From positions 24,817-88,816 of the forward strand of contig JAQGDQ010000841.1 in the NCBI GenBank assembly GCA_030141605.1: a stretch of 64,000 bases of DNA, given 5' to 3'. Under the pieces are notes generated by a model. The model was not told where the DNA came from. It worked only from the letters and a program-made list of their open reading frames with translations, and did no database searches. Positions 38,915 through 53,000 of the stretch are shown here, piece by piece. The DNA comes from Tubiluchus corallicola (taxonomy: Eukaryota; Animalia; Priapulida). Numbering within the stretch: position 1 is the stretch's first letter; every line of letters starts with the position of its first letter. The position numbers were made by a program, and so were the translations under genes.

Positions 38915-41425
38915 GAATAGATACTCTAAGTACTGTGGGATGTGAAAGCCACGCACCTGTCCTTCAACAAGTGCATAAGTTGGAAAGTAGGTTGAATAGG
39001 TACTGTAAGTACTGCGGGATGGGAAAGCCATACACCTGTCCTTCAACAAGTGCATAAGTTGGAAACTAGGTTGAATAGGTACTGTAAGTACTGCGGGATG
39101 GGAAAGCCACGCATCTGTCCTTCAACAAGTGCATAAGTTGGAAACTAGGTTGAATAGGTACTGTAAGTACTGGGGCATGGGAAAGCCACACATCTGTCCT
39201 TCAGCAAGTGCATAAGTTGGAAACTAGGTTGAATAGGTACTGTAAGTACTGCGGGATGGGAAAGCCATGCATCTGTCCATCAACAAGTGCATAAGTTGGA
39301 AACTAGGTTGAATAGGTACTGCAAGTACTGCGGGATGGGAAAGCCACACATCTGTCCTTCAACAAGTGCATAAGTTGGAAACTAGGTTGAATAGGTACTG
39401 TAAGTACTGCGGGATGGGAAAGCCACGCATCTGTCCTTCAACAAGTGCATAAGTTGGAAAGTAGGTTGAATAGGTACTGTAAGTACTGCGGGATGGGAAA
39501 GCCACACACCTGTCCTTCAACAAGTGCATAAGTTGGAAACTAGGTTGAATAGGTACTGTAAGTACTGTGGGATGGGAAAGCCACACATCTGTCCATCAAC
39601 AAGTGCATAAGTTGGAAACTAGGTTGAATAGGTACTGTAAGTACTGCGGGATGGGAAAGCCACGCATCTGTCCTTCAACAAGTGCATAAGTTGGAAACTA
39701 GGTTGAATAGGTACTGTAAGTACTGCGGGATGGGAAAGCCACGCATCTGTCCTTCAACAAGTGCTTAAGTTGGAAACTAGGTTGAATAGGTACTGTAAGT
39801 ACTGCGGGATGGGAAAGCCACGCACCTGTCCTTCAACATGTGCATAAGTTGGAAACTAGGTTGAATAGGTACTGTAAGTACTGTGGGATGGGAAAGCCAT
39901 ACACCTGTCCTTCAACAAGTGCATAAGTTGGAAACTAGGTTGAATAGGTACTGTAAGTACTGCGGGATGGGAAAGCCACGCATCTGTCCTTAAACAAGTT
40001 CTTAAGTTGGAAACTAGGTTGAATAGGTACTGTAAGTACTGCGGGATGGGAAAGCCACGCACCTGTCCTTCAACATGTGCATAAGTTGGAAACTAGGTTG
40101 AATAGGTACTGTAAGTACTGTGGGATGGGAAAGCAATACACCTGTCCTTCAACAAGTGCATAAGTTGGAAACTAGGTTGAATAGGTACTGTAAGTACTGC
40201 GGGATGGGAAAGCCACGCACCTGTCCTTCAACATGTGCATAAGTTGGAAACTAGGTTGAATAGGTACTGTAAGTACTGTGGGATGGGAAAGCCACGCACC
40301 TGTCCTTCAGGAGGTGCATAAGTTGGAAACTAGGTTGAATAGGTACTTTAAGTACTGTGGGATGGGAAAGCCACGCATCTGTCCTTCAACAAGTGCATAA
40401 GTTGGAAACTAGGTTGAATAGGTACTTTAAGAACTGCGGGACGGGAAAGTCAAACACCTGTCCTTCAGGAGGTGCTTAAGTTGGAAACTAGGTTGAATAG
40501 GTACTGTAAGTACTGCGGGATGGGAAAGCCACGCATCTGTCCTTCAACATGTGCATAAGTTGGAAACTAGGTTGAATAGGTACTGTAAGTACTGTGGGAT
40601 GGGAAAGCCATACACCTGTCCTTCAACAAGTGCATAAGTTGGAAACTAGGTTGAATAGGTACTGTAAGTACTGCGGGATGGGAAAGCCACGCATCTGTCC
40701 TTAAACAAGTTCTTAAGTTGGAAACTAGGTTGAATAGGTACTGTAAGTACTGCGGGATGGGAAAGCCACGCACCTGTCCTTCAACATGTGCATAAGTTGG
40801 AAACTAGGTTGAATAGGTACTGTAAGTACTGTGGGATGGGAAAGCAATACACCTGTCCTTCAACAAGTGCATAAGTTGGAAACTAGGTTGAATAGGTACT
40901 GTAAGTACTGCGGGATGGGAAAGCCACGCACCTGTCCTTCAACATGTGCATAAGTTGGAAACTAGGTTGAATAGGTACTGTAAGTACTGTGGGATGGGAA
41001 AGCCACGCACCTGTCCTTCAGGAGGTGCATAAGTTGGAAACTAGGTTGAATAGGTACTTTAAGTACTGTGGGACGGGAAAGCCAAACACCTGTCCTTCAG
41101 GAGGTGCATAAGTTGGAAACTAGGATGAATAGGTACTTTAAGAACTGCGGGACGGGAAAGTCAAACACCTGTCCTTCAGGAGGTGCATAAGTTGGAAACT
41201 AGGATGAATAGGTACTTTAAGTACTGCGGGACGGGAAAGCCACGCATCTGTCCTTGGAAAGAAGTTGGAAACTAGGATGAATAGGTACTTTAAGTACTGC
41301 GGGATGGGAAAGCCACGCATCTGTCCTTGGAAAGGAGTTGGAAACTAGGTTGAATAGGTACTTTAAGTACTGCGGGACGGGAAAGCCACGCATCTGTCCT
41401 TGGAAAGAAGTTGGAAACTAGGTTG
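38915..41425. repeat. 79-bp tandem repeat, ~31 copies, with a 711-bp higher-order duplication
   Basis: AAGTACTGYGGGATGGGAAAGCC every 79 bp; identical ORFs at 39856 and 40567 (9 x 79 apart). Confidence 0.95.
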
Positions 41426-42357
41426 TCGTCCTAGTTTTATTTCGACGGCTTCAGTCGGCATGTTTCTCGCTATGAAGTAAAGACGTTTTCTCTGTACGTT
41501 TTACTCGTGGACTATGTAATTTGCTACAACTTAGCACTTTTAGAAATGTGATTACACCTAAAGACCAGCAACGTTTTCGAGCAGTCCAGATATGTTATGA
41601 TGCATTTTGTGCACTATCGGAGTTTACAGCCAAATGGATACTTGGGGCAATTTTGTTTAATCCGTTATGGGGTTACTACTGTTCATGTGGAAGGTTGGAC
41701 TAAATATCACCGCATACATTTACCTGACGCCAGCCTTTGAGGAAGCTAAACCATTCTCGATGTTACCGCACCTACCTCATCTACTGGACAGTGCAGACTT
41801 CCACTGACGTCACCAATGACTTTTGTTGTATGCCAGGAGTTAATAGACAGTAAACCATCTCAGTGTGGACAGATTTTTCGGTGCAGGGTAATTAGGGAAG
41901 GGTAATTAGCGAGTACCTAGTGTATTAGGTCTTGGTTTGTTTATCTTTAGTTTGATTTTGTCTCGTATTTATTTTTTCCATGTCTGGTAAACAACATTAT
42001 GTCTAAGAAGTTATGCAACAATTTGTAGGTTTCTTATTTAAAGTATAAGATGATTTAGATTTGCTTTAGCGAAAAACAGCTATGCTGTAGTGATTATGTA
42101 TAGTCTTGTTGTCTGACAGACTGTCTTTGAAAGTATTTTTAATTTTAGACCAAAAGAAACTGCAGCCTTCTGACTGATTTTGGAAATATCCTTTTGATCA
42201 TCACAAATTTGTTCATTAAATTTTGATCGTTTCTATACACAAAAATAGGTGTTTTTGGAGTGAACGTTTAAAAAAGTATTTAAATAGTAAAAGTATCATG
42301 AATAGTTCACACTTTGTTTGCTAAACACAAAAACAGTAACTCAAGGCCGACACTTAA

Positions 42358-42490
42358 TATCCCACTCGTGATTCGAACCCACATCTCCTGTCTCAAGGTA
42401 CGCCCCGTAGAGGTACCAAGAGTCAACTCGTTCAGTTTCTAGACTACTACCATCTCTGTACTACTACCCCACCGCTCGGCTAGGAGTACT
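42358..42490 (-). other. tRNA-derived SINE head or pseudo-tRNA
   Basis: Minus strand: A-box TAGCCGAGCGGT and B-box GGTTCGAATC; spacing too long for a plain tRNA. Confidence 0.35.
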
Positions 42491-42607
42491 AGTTTGGGAA
42501 TTGTTGGAATAAATCTGGTTTAAAATAAGTACAGAAAACGAACGAGTAAAAGCCCGGCATCACAGAGTGAGAAAACAGCTTCCCTCTCCCAGGTCCTTTG
42601 TTAGACT

Positions 42608-43215
42608 GTCGGTCAAAACAATCTGTTCTTTAAAATATTGAAAGGAAACATCCCGTTTTTTAATGAATGACTTACGTGAAAGAATTATAACCACACACAC
42701 AATTTCACGCTCATACCAATTGTTCTTCTACATGCTTCTAGTTCGTGCCACTACATGCATTTCGCCATTTTCTAGTTAGACGGGCACTAGCGCCTACGTT
42801 TTGAAAACGCATTGCGCAAAAGACAGGTGCTGTACTTCTCAGTTCAGATGTGTTAGTTTGTTACGAACTACACACGTTCGACGGCTCATGCGTCAGCACA
42901 CGATAAATTTGAAATTTGAATTTTTATCTTAAAACTTGCCTAGTTTTAGTACAACACACGGAATATCTTACAGTAGCACTAATCTTCAATTTTCGCTTTC
43001 GCAAACACGCGCAACACGCTTATGGAAAATTTTTGCTATTGAAAATTATGTTAGCTTGTGATGTTGTCAATACTTGGGCTCGCCCGCCATTATTTAAGAT
43101 TTTAATCTATTATTTAATTATCAGAAACGCTTTTGCAGTATTAATTGTGTTAAGATGTATACTTTCTAGCGGACTTGAAAATGGGGAAGTATATGAAAAA
43201 TCATCCGTCTTAGTT
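42608..43215. mobile_element. Kolobok-like MITE family, copy lacking its left end
   Basis: Shared body; ends AAAATCATCCGTCTTAGT|TTAA. Confidence 0.6.
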
Positions 43216-43736
43216 TAACAGGATTTTTCTCTTGACTACTTAACCTCAACTCAGGTCGTTGACTCTACGCGGTCTACATCAGTCTTAAAGCAACAGGGAA
43301 CAATAATTGTGTCTTTGTTGTGAAGACAGATGACAGATGGTCACCTTAACTGAGCGAGTGTAATTAAGAGAAAACGCCTCAAGACTAGAGGATTACATAC
43401 TGTACACGAAAGTGCAGTATAACTTCGTTTATTACACCACCAGACAGGTTGTACTTGCAGTTTACTTTGCCGTGAGCAGAATAACACGTTTTATGGCAGT
43501 TCTCTTTTGCGCTGCGTCAGTAACCAATTTTTTGGTGAGTGGTCAGTCGTGGTCTATTGAACACGTGACTAGAGAGCGAAAAGTGAAGTGAACAGGTCAG
43601 TAACTCCTGCAAATTCTTTTGAAAATTAGTTTTGAAAAAACATGACAATTTGTTGGTGATTGTTGTTAGCAAATAGAGTAATAAGTACTTTTAAAATTAA
43701 AGAATGCGGTATTATAAGATTTCAGCTTGACCACAA

Positions 43737-43812
43737 GGTGTTGTATGGTCTAGTGGTCAAGGCATGCGACTTGCAATTCAAAGGTCTCTAGTTCAAATTC
43801 AAGCTATAGCCA
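43737..43812 (+). other. tRNA-like SINE head or pseudo-tRNA
   Basis: TGGTCTAGTGG A-box and GTTCAAAT B-box at tRNA spacing; stems imperfect. Confidence 0.4.
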
Positions 43813-44007
43813 AATGTTGCTTCAATGCTTTTTTGAATAATTTTGCTGTCTTTCTGTTTACTTTTCCAATTTTAAGTGTTTAGTAAACGATAAGTGATTG
43901 ATTTGTTATTACGACGCTTTAAACTTTGCAGCACTGTAGCAGTGATTGCTGTTACCAATAAACTTCCAGGATTGTTTCCAGACGAATTGGACAAGCAGAA
44001 CAACTTC

Positions 44008-47000
44008 ATGGTATTGACTGGTATTGTTATATTGCTTGTTTTGTCAACGCATAGTCGAAATGCAGGTAGGTAATGTTGAAAAAAATCGCAATTGAAAATC
44101 ACCATCATCATTATGCCTAATACGTAAAACGCATGTTGTAGACATTGGGCAGGTAGAACTCGAAAATGAAAGAATTTTGTCCTCAAGGCAGCTAAACACA
44201 GCAGTTATCCAGGACGAAATTAGACGCTGCTATGCGAATTGCTTGTCAGCACCAATTCCTCTCTTAATTGAAAGATAAGAAAAACGTTCGATCCGAACGA
44301 GTTTTTTTAGCTCGAATTAGTCATTTAAGTCATAAGTCATTTATTTCACATTACACATTTACAATAGTTTCATGTTCAATATCTAGTGAAAGGGCCTACA
44401 ATGAACGTAATACAAATAAAAAATACTGCACAGGAAAAGCCTCAAACACTGTTCACTTATATACGAAGGTAAATGTGTTGCGGGCAATCAAAAAGCAGGG
44501 CTTGTTAGATTGTCCCACACAGTGAAAGAAAAAAAGTAATGGAAATAATCTGAAAATTTAAAGTGAATCGTGATAAAAAAAGTTGTAAATTCGAATAACT
44601 CAGCACTTCATCTTTGTTCGTTCTTTATCATTAAAGCGTTTGAAACATCATGCAAGCAGCACAATTTCTGTAAACAATTTTTAAGCAAATTATTAGCGTT
44701 TTTACTGCAGAACAAAATCAATATGTGCATCATGATTTTTGTGATTTTTATTAGTGATTGGAAATTCCATTGAAATTCTTTAAAACAGACTTCTAGATTG
44801 GAAAAATTAATCCTAAAATTTAGTTTGGTTCGAATTTGAGGAAGAAATTCGATTCGATTCGAATTCACTTTCTGCTTGAGAAAGTCCCCCCATCAAACAA
44901 CACTCAACAAGCTGAACGTTTTTGGTCACTAGAAGGACTGTCCTAACAGCATTATAGGCCCGGGCCAGAGTAGTACCACTGGGGCCTCTTACCTGCACAA
45001 CACAATTTTTGGTCACTAGAAGGACTGTCTTAATAGCATTATAAGCCCAGGCCAGAGCAGTACCACTGGGGCCCTCTTACCTACACAACTCACAATTTTT
45101 GGTCACTAGAAGGACTGTTTTAACAGAATTATAGGCCCCGGCCGAAGCAGTACCACTGGGGCCCTCTTACCTACACAATACAATTTTTGGTCACTAAAGG
45201 ACTGTCTTAACAGCATTATAAGCCCGGGCCAGAGCAGTACTACTGGTGCCCTCTTACCTACACAACACAATTTTTGGTCACTAGAAGGACTGTCTTAACA
45301 GCATTATAGGCCCCGGCTGAAGCAGTACCACTGGGGCCCTCTTACCTACACAACACAATTTTTGGTCACTAGGACTGTCTTAACAGTATTATAGGCCCCG
45401 GCCAAAGCAGTGCCACTGGGCCCTCTTACCTGCACAACTCACCATTTTTGGTCACTAGAAGGACTGTCTTAACAGCATTACAGGCCCCGGCCGAAGCAGT
45501 ACCACTTGGACCCTCTTACCTACACAACACAATTTTTGGTCACTAGAAGGACTGTCTTAACAGCATTATAGGCCCGGGCCAGAGTAGTACCACTGGGACC
45601 CTCTTACCTACACAACACAATTTTTGGTCACTAGAAGGACTGTCTTAATGGCATTATAAGCCCAGGCCAGAGCAGTACCACTGGGGCCCTCTTACCTACA
45701 CAACACAATTTTTGGTCACTAGAAGGACTGTCTTAACAGCATTATAGGCCCCGGCCGAAGCAGTACCACTGGGGCCTTCTTACCTACACAACACAATTTT
45801 TGGTCACTAGAAGGACTGTCTTAACAGCATTACAGGCCCCGGCCGAAGCAGTACCACTGGGGCCCTCTTACCTACACAACACAATTTTTGGTCACTAGAA
45901 GGACTGTCTTAACAGCATTATAAGCCCGGGTCAGAGCAGTACCACTGGTGCCCTCTTACCTACACAACACAATTTTTGGTCACTAGAAGGACTGCCTTAC
46001 CAGCATTGTAGGCCCCGGCCGAAGCAGTACCACTGGGGCCCTCTTACCTACACAACACAATTTTTGGTCACTAGGACTGTCTTAACAGCATTGTAGGCCC
46101 TGGCCGAAGCAGTACCAATGGGGCCCTCTTACCTAAACAACACAATTTTTGGTCACTAGAAGGACTGTCTTAACAGCATTATAGGCCCCGGCCAAAGCAG
46201 TAGCACTGGGGCCCGATTACCTGCACAACACAATTTTTGGTCACTAGAAGGACTGTCTTAACAGCATCATAAGCCCCGGCCGAAGCAGTACCACTGGGGC
46301 CCTCTTACCTGCACAACTCGCAACTACTCACAGGAATAAAAATATAAATGGTTGACAGAATTAAACATAACACAGGTTATTTGCAGGCTAATAGATAACG
46401 GGTTATTCTAGGCTGTTGCAAAGTAGCATTGGATAACAGGTGTTCGGAAATGGCTGCCCTTAGTGTACAGTACAAGTCAAAAAGCCAACAAAACCATTGA
46501 GAAAGAGCAGTTAAGTTTGAATCAAGAAGCGTTATCCTGTGTGTTTCACAGTTACTCACAGTTCTGAGGACCATAAATGGACACGAGATGATTCATGCAG
46601 GTTCTCAGTGGGAGTGGTGTCATGACACATTTGTTCCAGAACTTAAGTTGATTTTTTTTCTTCCCACAACGAGGAGTGGAAAGATATTAGAACCGCACAT
46701 AAAATAAGGAATTTCATAACAACAGGATTTATATCTACATGTATTTGCGAAAGTTTTAATAATAGCCGAGCTATCATTTCTTGTCATCCTGCAAACTGTC
46801 TTAAAATGAAACAAGTCATTTTCTTAATCTCTAATTTTTTTCTTTTCAGAGGCTTCAGAGGTATTTTGGTCTTCCATACCATCGTCATTTCCTTGTCGAA
46901 CTCTGTCTACAGCAACGTGTAACGACTCGTTAACAAATGAGTGTCCGAGGGTCATTCCAGCTCTCACACCTAGCCTCTTCTCTCATGTTTTACCTGTGGT

Positions 47001-50000
47001 CAACTTTGGATTAGATGGTCAAATAGGTGAGTGTCCGAGGGTCATTCCAGCTCTCACACCTAGCCTCTTCTCTCGTGTTTTACCTGCGGTCAACTTTGGA
47101 TTAGATGGTCAAATAGATAAGTGTCCTAGGGTCATTCCAGCTCTCACACCTAGGTCTCTTCTCTCATGTTTTACCAGTGGTCAACTTTGGATTAGATGGA
47201 CAAATAGGTGAGTATCCCAAGGTCATTCCAGCTCTCACACCTAGGTCTCTTCTCTCATGTTTTACCTGTGGTCAACTTTGGATTAGATGGACAAATAGGT
47301 GAGTATCCCAAGGTCATTCCAGCTCTCACACCTAGACTCCTCATGTTTTACCTGTGGTCAACTTTGGATTAGATGGTCAAATAGGTGAGTGTCCTAGGGT
47401 CATTCCAGCTCTCACACCTAGTCTCTTCTCTCATGTTTCACCTGTGATAAACTTTGGATTAGATGGTCAAATAGGTGAGTGTCCTAGGGTCATTCCAGCT
47501 CTCACACCTAGTCTCTTCTCTCATGTTTCACCTGTGGTCAACTTTGGATTAGACGGTCAAATAGGTGAGTGGAGTAATACCTTTGATATTACGGTTTTTT
47601 CATTGTGAAGTTATATAAATTTTACACTTGTAGAAATTTTGTCATGGCCTTAGGTTCCTTTCCAAACTCTGTTAGGACCATAAGACTTTGCTGCAGTTTG
47701 CACACGTTCACGAAACTGCTCACGGCGATTGCACTATATTTGATAATTTTTGTAGGTTTCTACTCCTCACATGATGGATTTTCATGCAAAATTATCTATG
47801 AAATGCATTTGCCTACCTCAGACAAATTGAAAATCAATTTTGACGCTTTCAGTAACTGCAGTGTTTGCACTGTAACAATGTATAGTATCACTTGCGTGAA
47901 ATCGGTTAATGCAGAAAATTTCAACTATCCAGATACAACAGTCTGATTCACTTTGACCTCATGTCTACTATATTTTTAAGGAGAAATTCCTGTTAAAAGA
48001 TGAAACCAACCTAAATTCCTCCTTTCCTGATCGGTTTGTTTTTCCTGGAATAACAGCAGAACACTGCACAGACGATCATTAAATTAGTGTGTACGATCAC
48101 GCAAGTGTGTACCAGACTAGCGGCTACTCATAGATCAAGTTGGAGTGCCTGAAAAGGGCGTGTTCCTCGTAATTTTATCCAATTAAATCGCTTATGAATG
48201 TTTAAACAAATAGCTTGATTGGATAGCCGAGATTCTCCTGCATAGAACAGTACCTAATTTGTAATCAGTTAGTTATGTCTGTGCTCATATAGTAGCAGAA
48301 AAGTCACAGGTTTTGTGATATTTTGAATGGTTTGGTCATGAAGTAGCTAAGTGAAAAACACTATGGCAGTTATCGTAGGTAATAAAATACATAATTGAGA
48401 CCACAGATAAAAATGACAGGTAGTCTTAAAATTCACGTGTGCTAAGCCTTGCTTTGTTTAAGTAAAATAAAATATCTTCATTTATCCTAATCAAATACAG
48501 CAATACGCAAATTCATCATTTGATGTTACCTTCGAATTTAGCCTATCTTTTGTGTTCATTTTGTAGTTGAATATCTGCCAAACTACGTGAAGAAACATCT
48601 AAAATGGAGGTTGAATATGCCTTGGAGGATTATAAAGAGGATGTTTGAACGATCAAACTATCATAGGGCAAGATCTGGTACGAATGCTCAATAATTTTTC
48701 AATTTGCGGTTTTTAATATTTGGCACAACTTAGGCAGGCTTTCAGTATAGCCAGCACAAGGATGTACATTTATGTACAGTTAATTCTACCGTAGAATTTA
48801 TGTAGAATAGCTACATTAATTCTACCGTAGAATTTATGTAGAATAGTTACATTAATTCTACCATAGGATTTATGTAGAATAGCTACATTAATTCTACCGT
48901 AGAATTTATGTAGAATAGCTACATTAATTCTACCATAGGATTTATGTAGAATAGCTACGTTAATTTTACTGTAAAATTTATGTAGAATAGCTACGTTAAT
49001 TCTAATGTAGAATTTATGTATAATAGCTAAGTTAAGTCCAATTTATGCAGAGCAGCAACGTTAATTCAACGTAGAATATATTTATATATACATATGTGTG
49101 TGTAGTGTGTTTATATACGTGTGTCTATATACTACAATGACTACACGTCTAAATATATGAATTAAAAGCCATTATATAGCTATGTTAAAGATTCTGAGTT
49201 TAATGAGTTAAAATGTGAGAACAAATATAACAATAAACAAACTAACGGGCTCACAAACAGGCAGACGGACAAAAAAACGAACGAATACATTTAACACCAC
49301 TATCACGACTCTCATTATGTTTGTGGCTTGCAGTAAAAGCTTGCTCAAAAACACGTAAGCAGGTTCACTAACATAAATATTCATTCAGTCTTAACAACCA
49401 GAATACATGTTATCTGTTAGTAGCTTTATTGTGTACCGACAGGTAAAGAGTGGACAGCTTGTTGGTGTAAAAGAATTTCCATTGAACAGATGGAAGGGTT
49501 AAAAGCATATCAAAAAGTAAGTGATACAACGTTTAAAACGGTTTAAGCGTAAGTTATTAGTTCATAGCCTATTACTACTACCACTTGCTACCTTCATTAC
49601 TGAACTCTTCACTGTAGTAAAGTCACCAGTAAGAATATGCTACCTTCATTATTCTACTCTTCACTGTAGTAAAGTCAGCAGTAAGAATATGCTACCTTCA
49701 TTATTCTACTCTTCACTGTAGTAAAGTCAGCAGTAAGTATATGCTACCTTCATTATTCTACTCTTCACTGTAGTAAAGTCAGCAGTAAGAATATGCTACC
49801 TTCATTATTGTACTCTTCACTGTAGTAAACTCAGCAGTAAGAATATGCTACCTTCATTATTGTACTCTTCACTGTAGTAAAGTCACCAGCAAGAACATGC
49901 TACCTTCATTATTGTACTCGTCACTATAGTAAAGTCATCAGTAAGAATATGTTACCTTCAGTATTGTACTCTTCACTGTAGTAAAGGCACCAGTAAGAAC

Positions 50001-53000
50001 ATGCTACCTTCATTATTGTACTCTTCACTGTAGTAAAGTCACCAGTAAGAATGTCATGCTAACTTCATTATTGTACTCTCCACTGCAGTAAAGTCACCAG
50101 TAAGAACATGCTACCTTCATTACTGTACTCTTCATTGTAGTAAAGTCACCAGTAAGAATATGCTACCTTCAGTATTGTACTCTTCACTGTAGTAAAGGCA
50201 TCAGTAAGAACATGCTACCTTCATTATTGTACTCTTCACTGTAGTAAAGTCACCAGTAAGAACATGCTACCTTCATTATTGTACTCTCCACTGCAGTAAA
50301 GTCACCAGTAAGAATATGCTACCTTCATTATTGTACTCTTCACTGTAGTAAAGTCACCAGCAAGAACATGCTACCTTCATTATTGTGCTCTTCACTATGG
50401 TAAAGTCATCAGTAAGAATATGTTACCTTCAGTATTGTACTCTTCACTGTAGTAAAGGCACCAGTAAGAACATGCTAAATTCAGTATTGTACTCTTCACT
50501 GTAGTAAAGTCACTAGTAAGAATATGCTACCTTCATTATTGTACTCTTCACTGTAGTAAAGTCACCAGTAAGAATATGCTACCTTCAGTATTGTACTCTT
50601 CACTGTAGTAAAGTCACCAGTAAGAACATGCTAACTTCATTATTGTACTCTTCACTGTAGTAAAGTCACCAGTAGGAACATGCTACCTTCATTATTGCAC
50701 TCTTCACTGTAGTAAAGTCACTAGTAAGAATATGCTACCTTCATTATTGCACTCTTCACTGTAGTAAAGTCACCAGTAAGAATATGCTACCTTCAGTATT
50801 GTACTCTTCACAGTAGTAAAGGCATCAGTAAGAATATGCTACCTTCATTATTGTACTCTTCACTGTAGTAAAGTCACCAGTAAGAACATGCTAACTTCAT
50901 TATTGTACTCTTCACTGTAGCAAAGTTACCAATAAGAATATGCTACCTTCATTATTGTACTCGTCACTGTAGTAAAGTCACCAGTAAGAACATGCTACCT
51001 TCATTATTGTACTCGTCACTGTAGTAAAGTCACCAGTAAGAATATGTTACCTTCATTATTGCACTCTTCACTGTAGTAAAGTCACCACTAAAGATATGGT
51101 GATTTTCATTGTTTTACACTTCATTGCAGTACAGTCACTTCCCAGGTTCTGGTACAGAGAATGCGCACAAAGACAGTTTTTGGAGGAGCATACTGCACAT
51201 GCGTAAAAAATTTGGCTCAAAAGAATTTGGTTTCGTGCCAATCAGCTTTCTTCTGCCTGACCAGATGACAGAGTTTCTGAGTTACTATGACAACCATCCT
51301 CAAGGAAAGTGGATACGTAAACCAGTAAGTTCTAGTACACAATGTCTGCGCATTAATTGCTTTTGACTAATATAATACTTTAATTTTAATTTGATTGAAT
51401 ATGAAGCTGTTTCTGAATAAATTCTAAAATAATAATTGGTGCTTTACAGCATCTTGCTTTCAATGCTTAACAAAATGATATTATTGAAAAAAGTTTTGTG
51501 TTTTTTTTTGTCTTGTACTTTTATACTCCACTCGTAGTTTAGCAAGTTTGGTGGGAGAGATGTGGCAGTTTTGAACAACCGCAGTCAGCTACCAAACGAT
51601 CCTGACAAGCCTTTCATTATTCAGAGGTTTGTGTAGTCTATATTGTTCGTCTCTAATCTCTAATGCATTAAAAGATTGGTTGCAAAAGTAAAAGAGCTAT
51701 ACTATTGATATGGTCTACGAATGTTTAGATTGATGCAAACTAGGAGCTCTGCCTACTATAGATAAATTTCCATTTTTTTATTACCTAATTGTTAACTAAA
51801 TCTAACTAATTATTTATTAATGAGTGAGTGACCATTAAGACCTATAATGTACAAAACTAAAAAGATTTTCATTTTTATTTTTTTGCTGCAACTTGTCGAA
51901 AAGTTTGTGTTTTCATTTCAGTGCCATTTTCTGGTACTGAGCTTGCAGGGAAGTCTTTTGTACAAGACGGCGCTGTTCTTTCTTATCCACATCCAAAACG
52001 AGTTTAAGATCTCAACAAAACATGAACACATCCATATTACTAACTGAAATAAATAATTTTTGTGCTTCTAGGTATATCAGTAAGCCACTGCTTATTGAAG
52101 GTTATAAGTTTCACGTTAGATTACACGTTTACGTCTCATCAATACAACCAATGAGGATTTACATTCATGAAAATGGACTTGTACGATTCGCCAGCAACAA
52201 GTAAGAACGTTTTTCTTCAATTCAAAACTCACTTGTGAATAAAACATCACGAGCACTTTTTTCTACAGTTTCAATGTGATTTTGTAACAATGTCCACTCT
52301 TTTACGAACGAAAGCTTTCTTTTAAAGGAATACAGGATGATTTTTTATGCACTACACCATTTTCAAATCCGATAAACACTATACATTTTTACTGCAAAAG
52401 CGTTTCTGATAACTAAATAACAGATTAAAAACATATTTAATGGAGGGCAAGTCTAACTAATGATGACATCACGAACTAACATAATTTTAAGCGGCAAAAA
52501 TATTCCATGAGCGTGTTCCTCGTGTATGCAAAAGGGAAAATTGAATACAGTGCTAAGATATTCAGTGTGTTATGTTAAAATTAGGTAAGTTTTAAGATAA
52601 AAATTCAAATTACAAATTTGCTGCTGTGCTCATACATGAGCGTTGAAACTAACACGTCTGAACTGAGAAGTACAGCACCTGTTTTTTGTGCAATGCATTT
52701 CTGAAATGCAGGCGCTAGTGCCCATCTAACTAGCGAATGCCAAAATGCAAATAACAGGGAAGAACTAGTGGCGTGAACCGGAAATTGTGTTTCTGTGGTA
52801 ACGATTCGTTTACGTAAGTCATTTTTGAAAAAATAGTACGTTTCCTTTCAGTATTTTAAAGAGTACATTTGTTTTGATCAGTTTAAGATTGGATCCGGTT
52901 TTGCTTTAATAGTAAATGACATAATTGCTTTTACTGTTAGAAGCAAAGTCTATTAAATAGAAAAGAGATTCTTGGCACAAAAATAGCATATTTTACGCCT

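Noticed and set aside
16525-41425. Regular short repeats resembling CRISPR arrays
   Set aside because: Units are head-to-tail with no unique spacers, there are no cas genes, and the context is eukaryotic
43737-43812. Functional tRNA gene
   Set aside because: Acceptor and T stems pair poorly; treated as a SINE head or pseudo-tRNA
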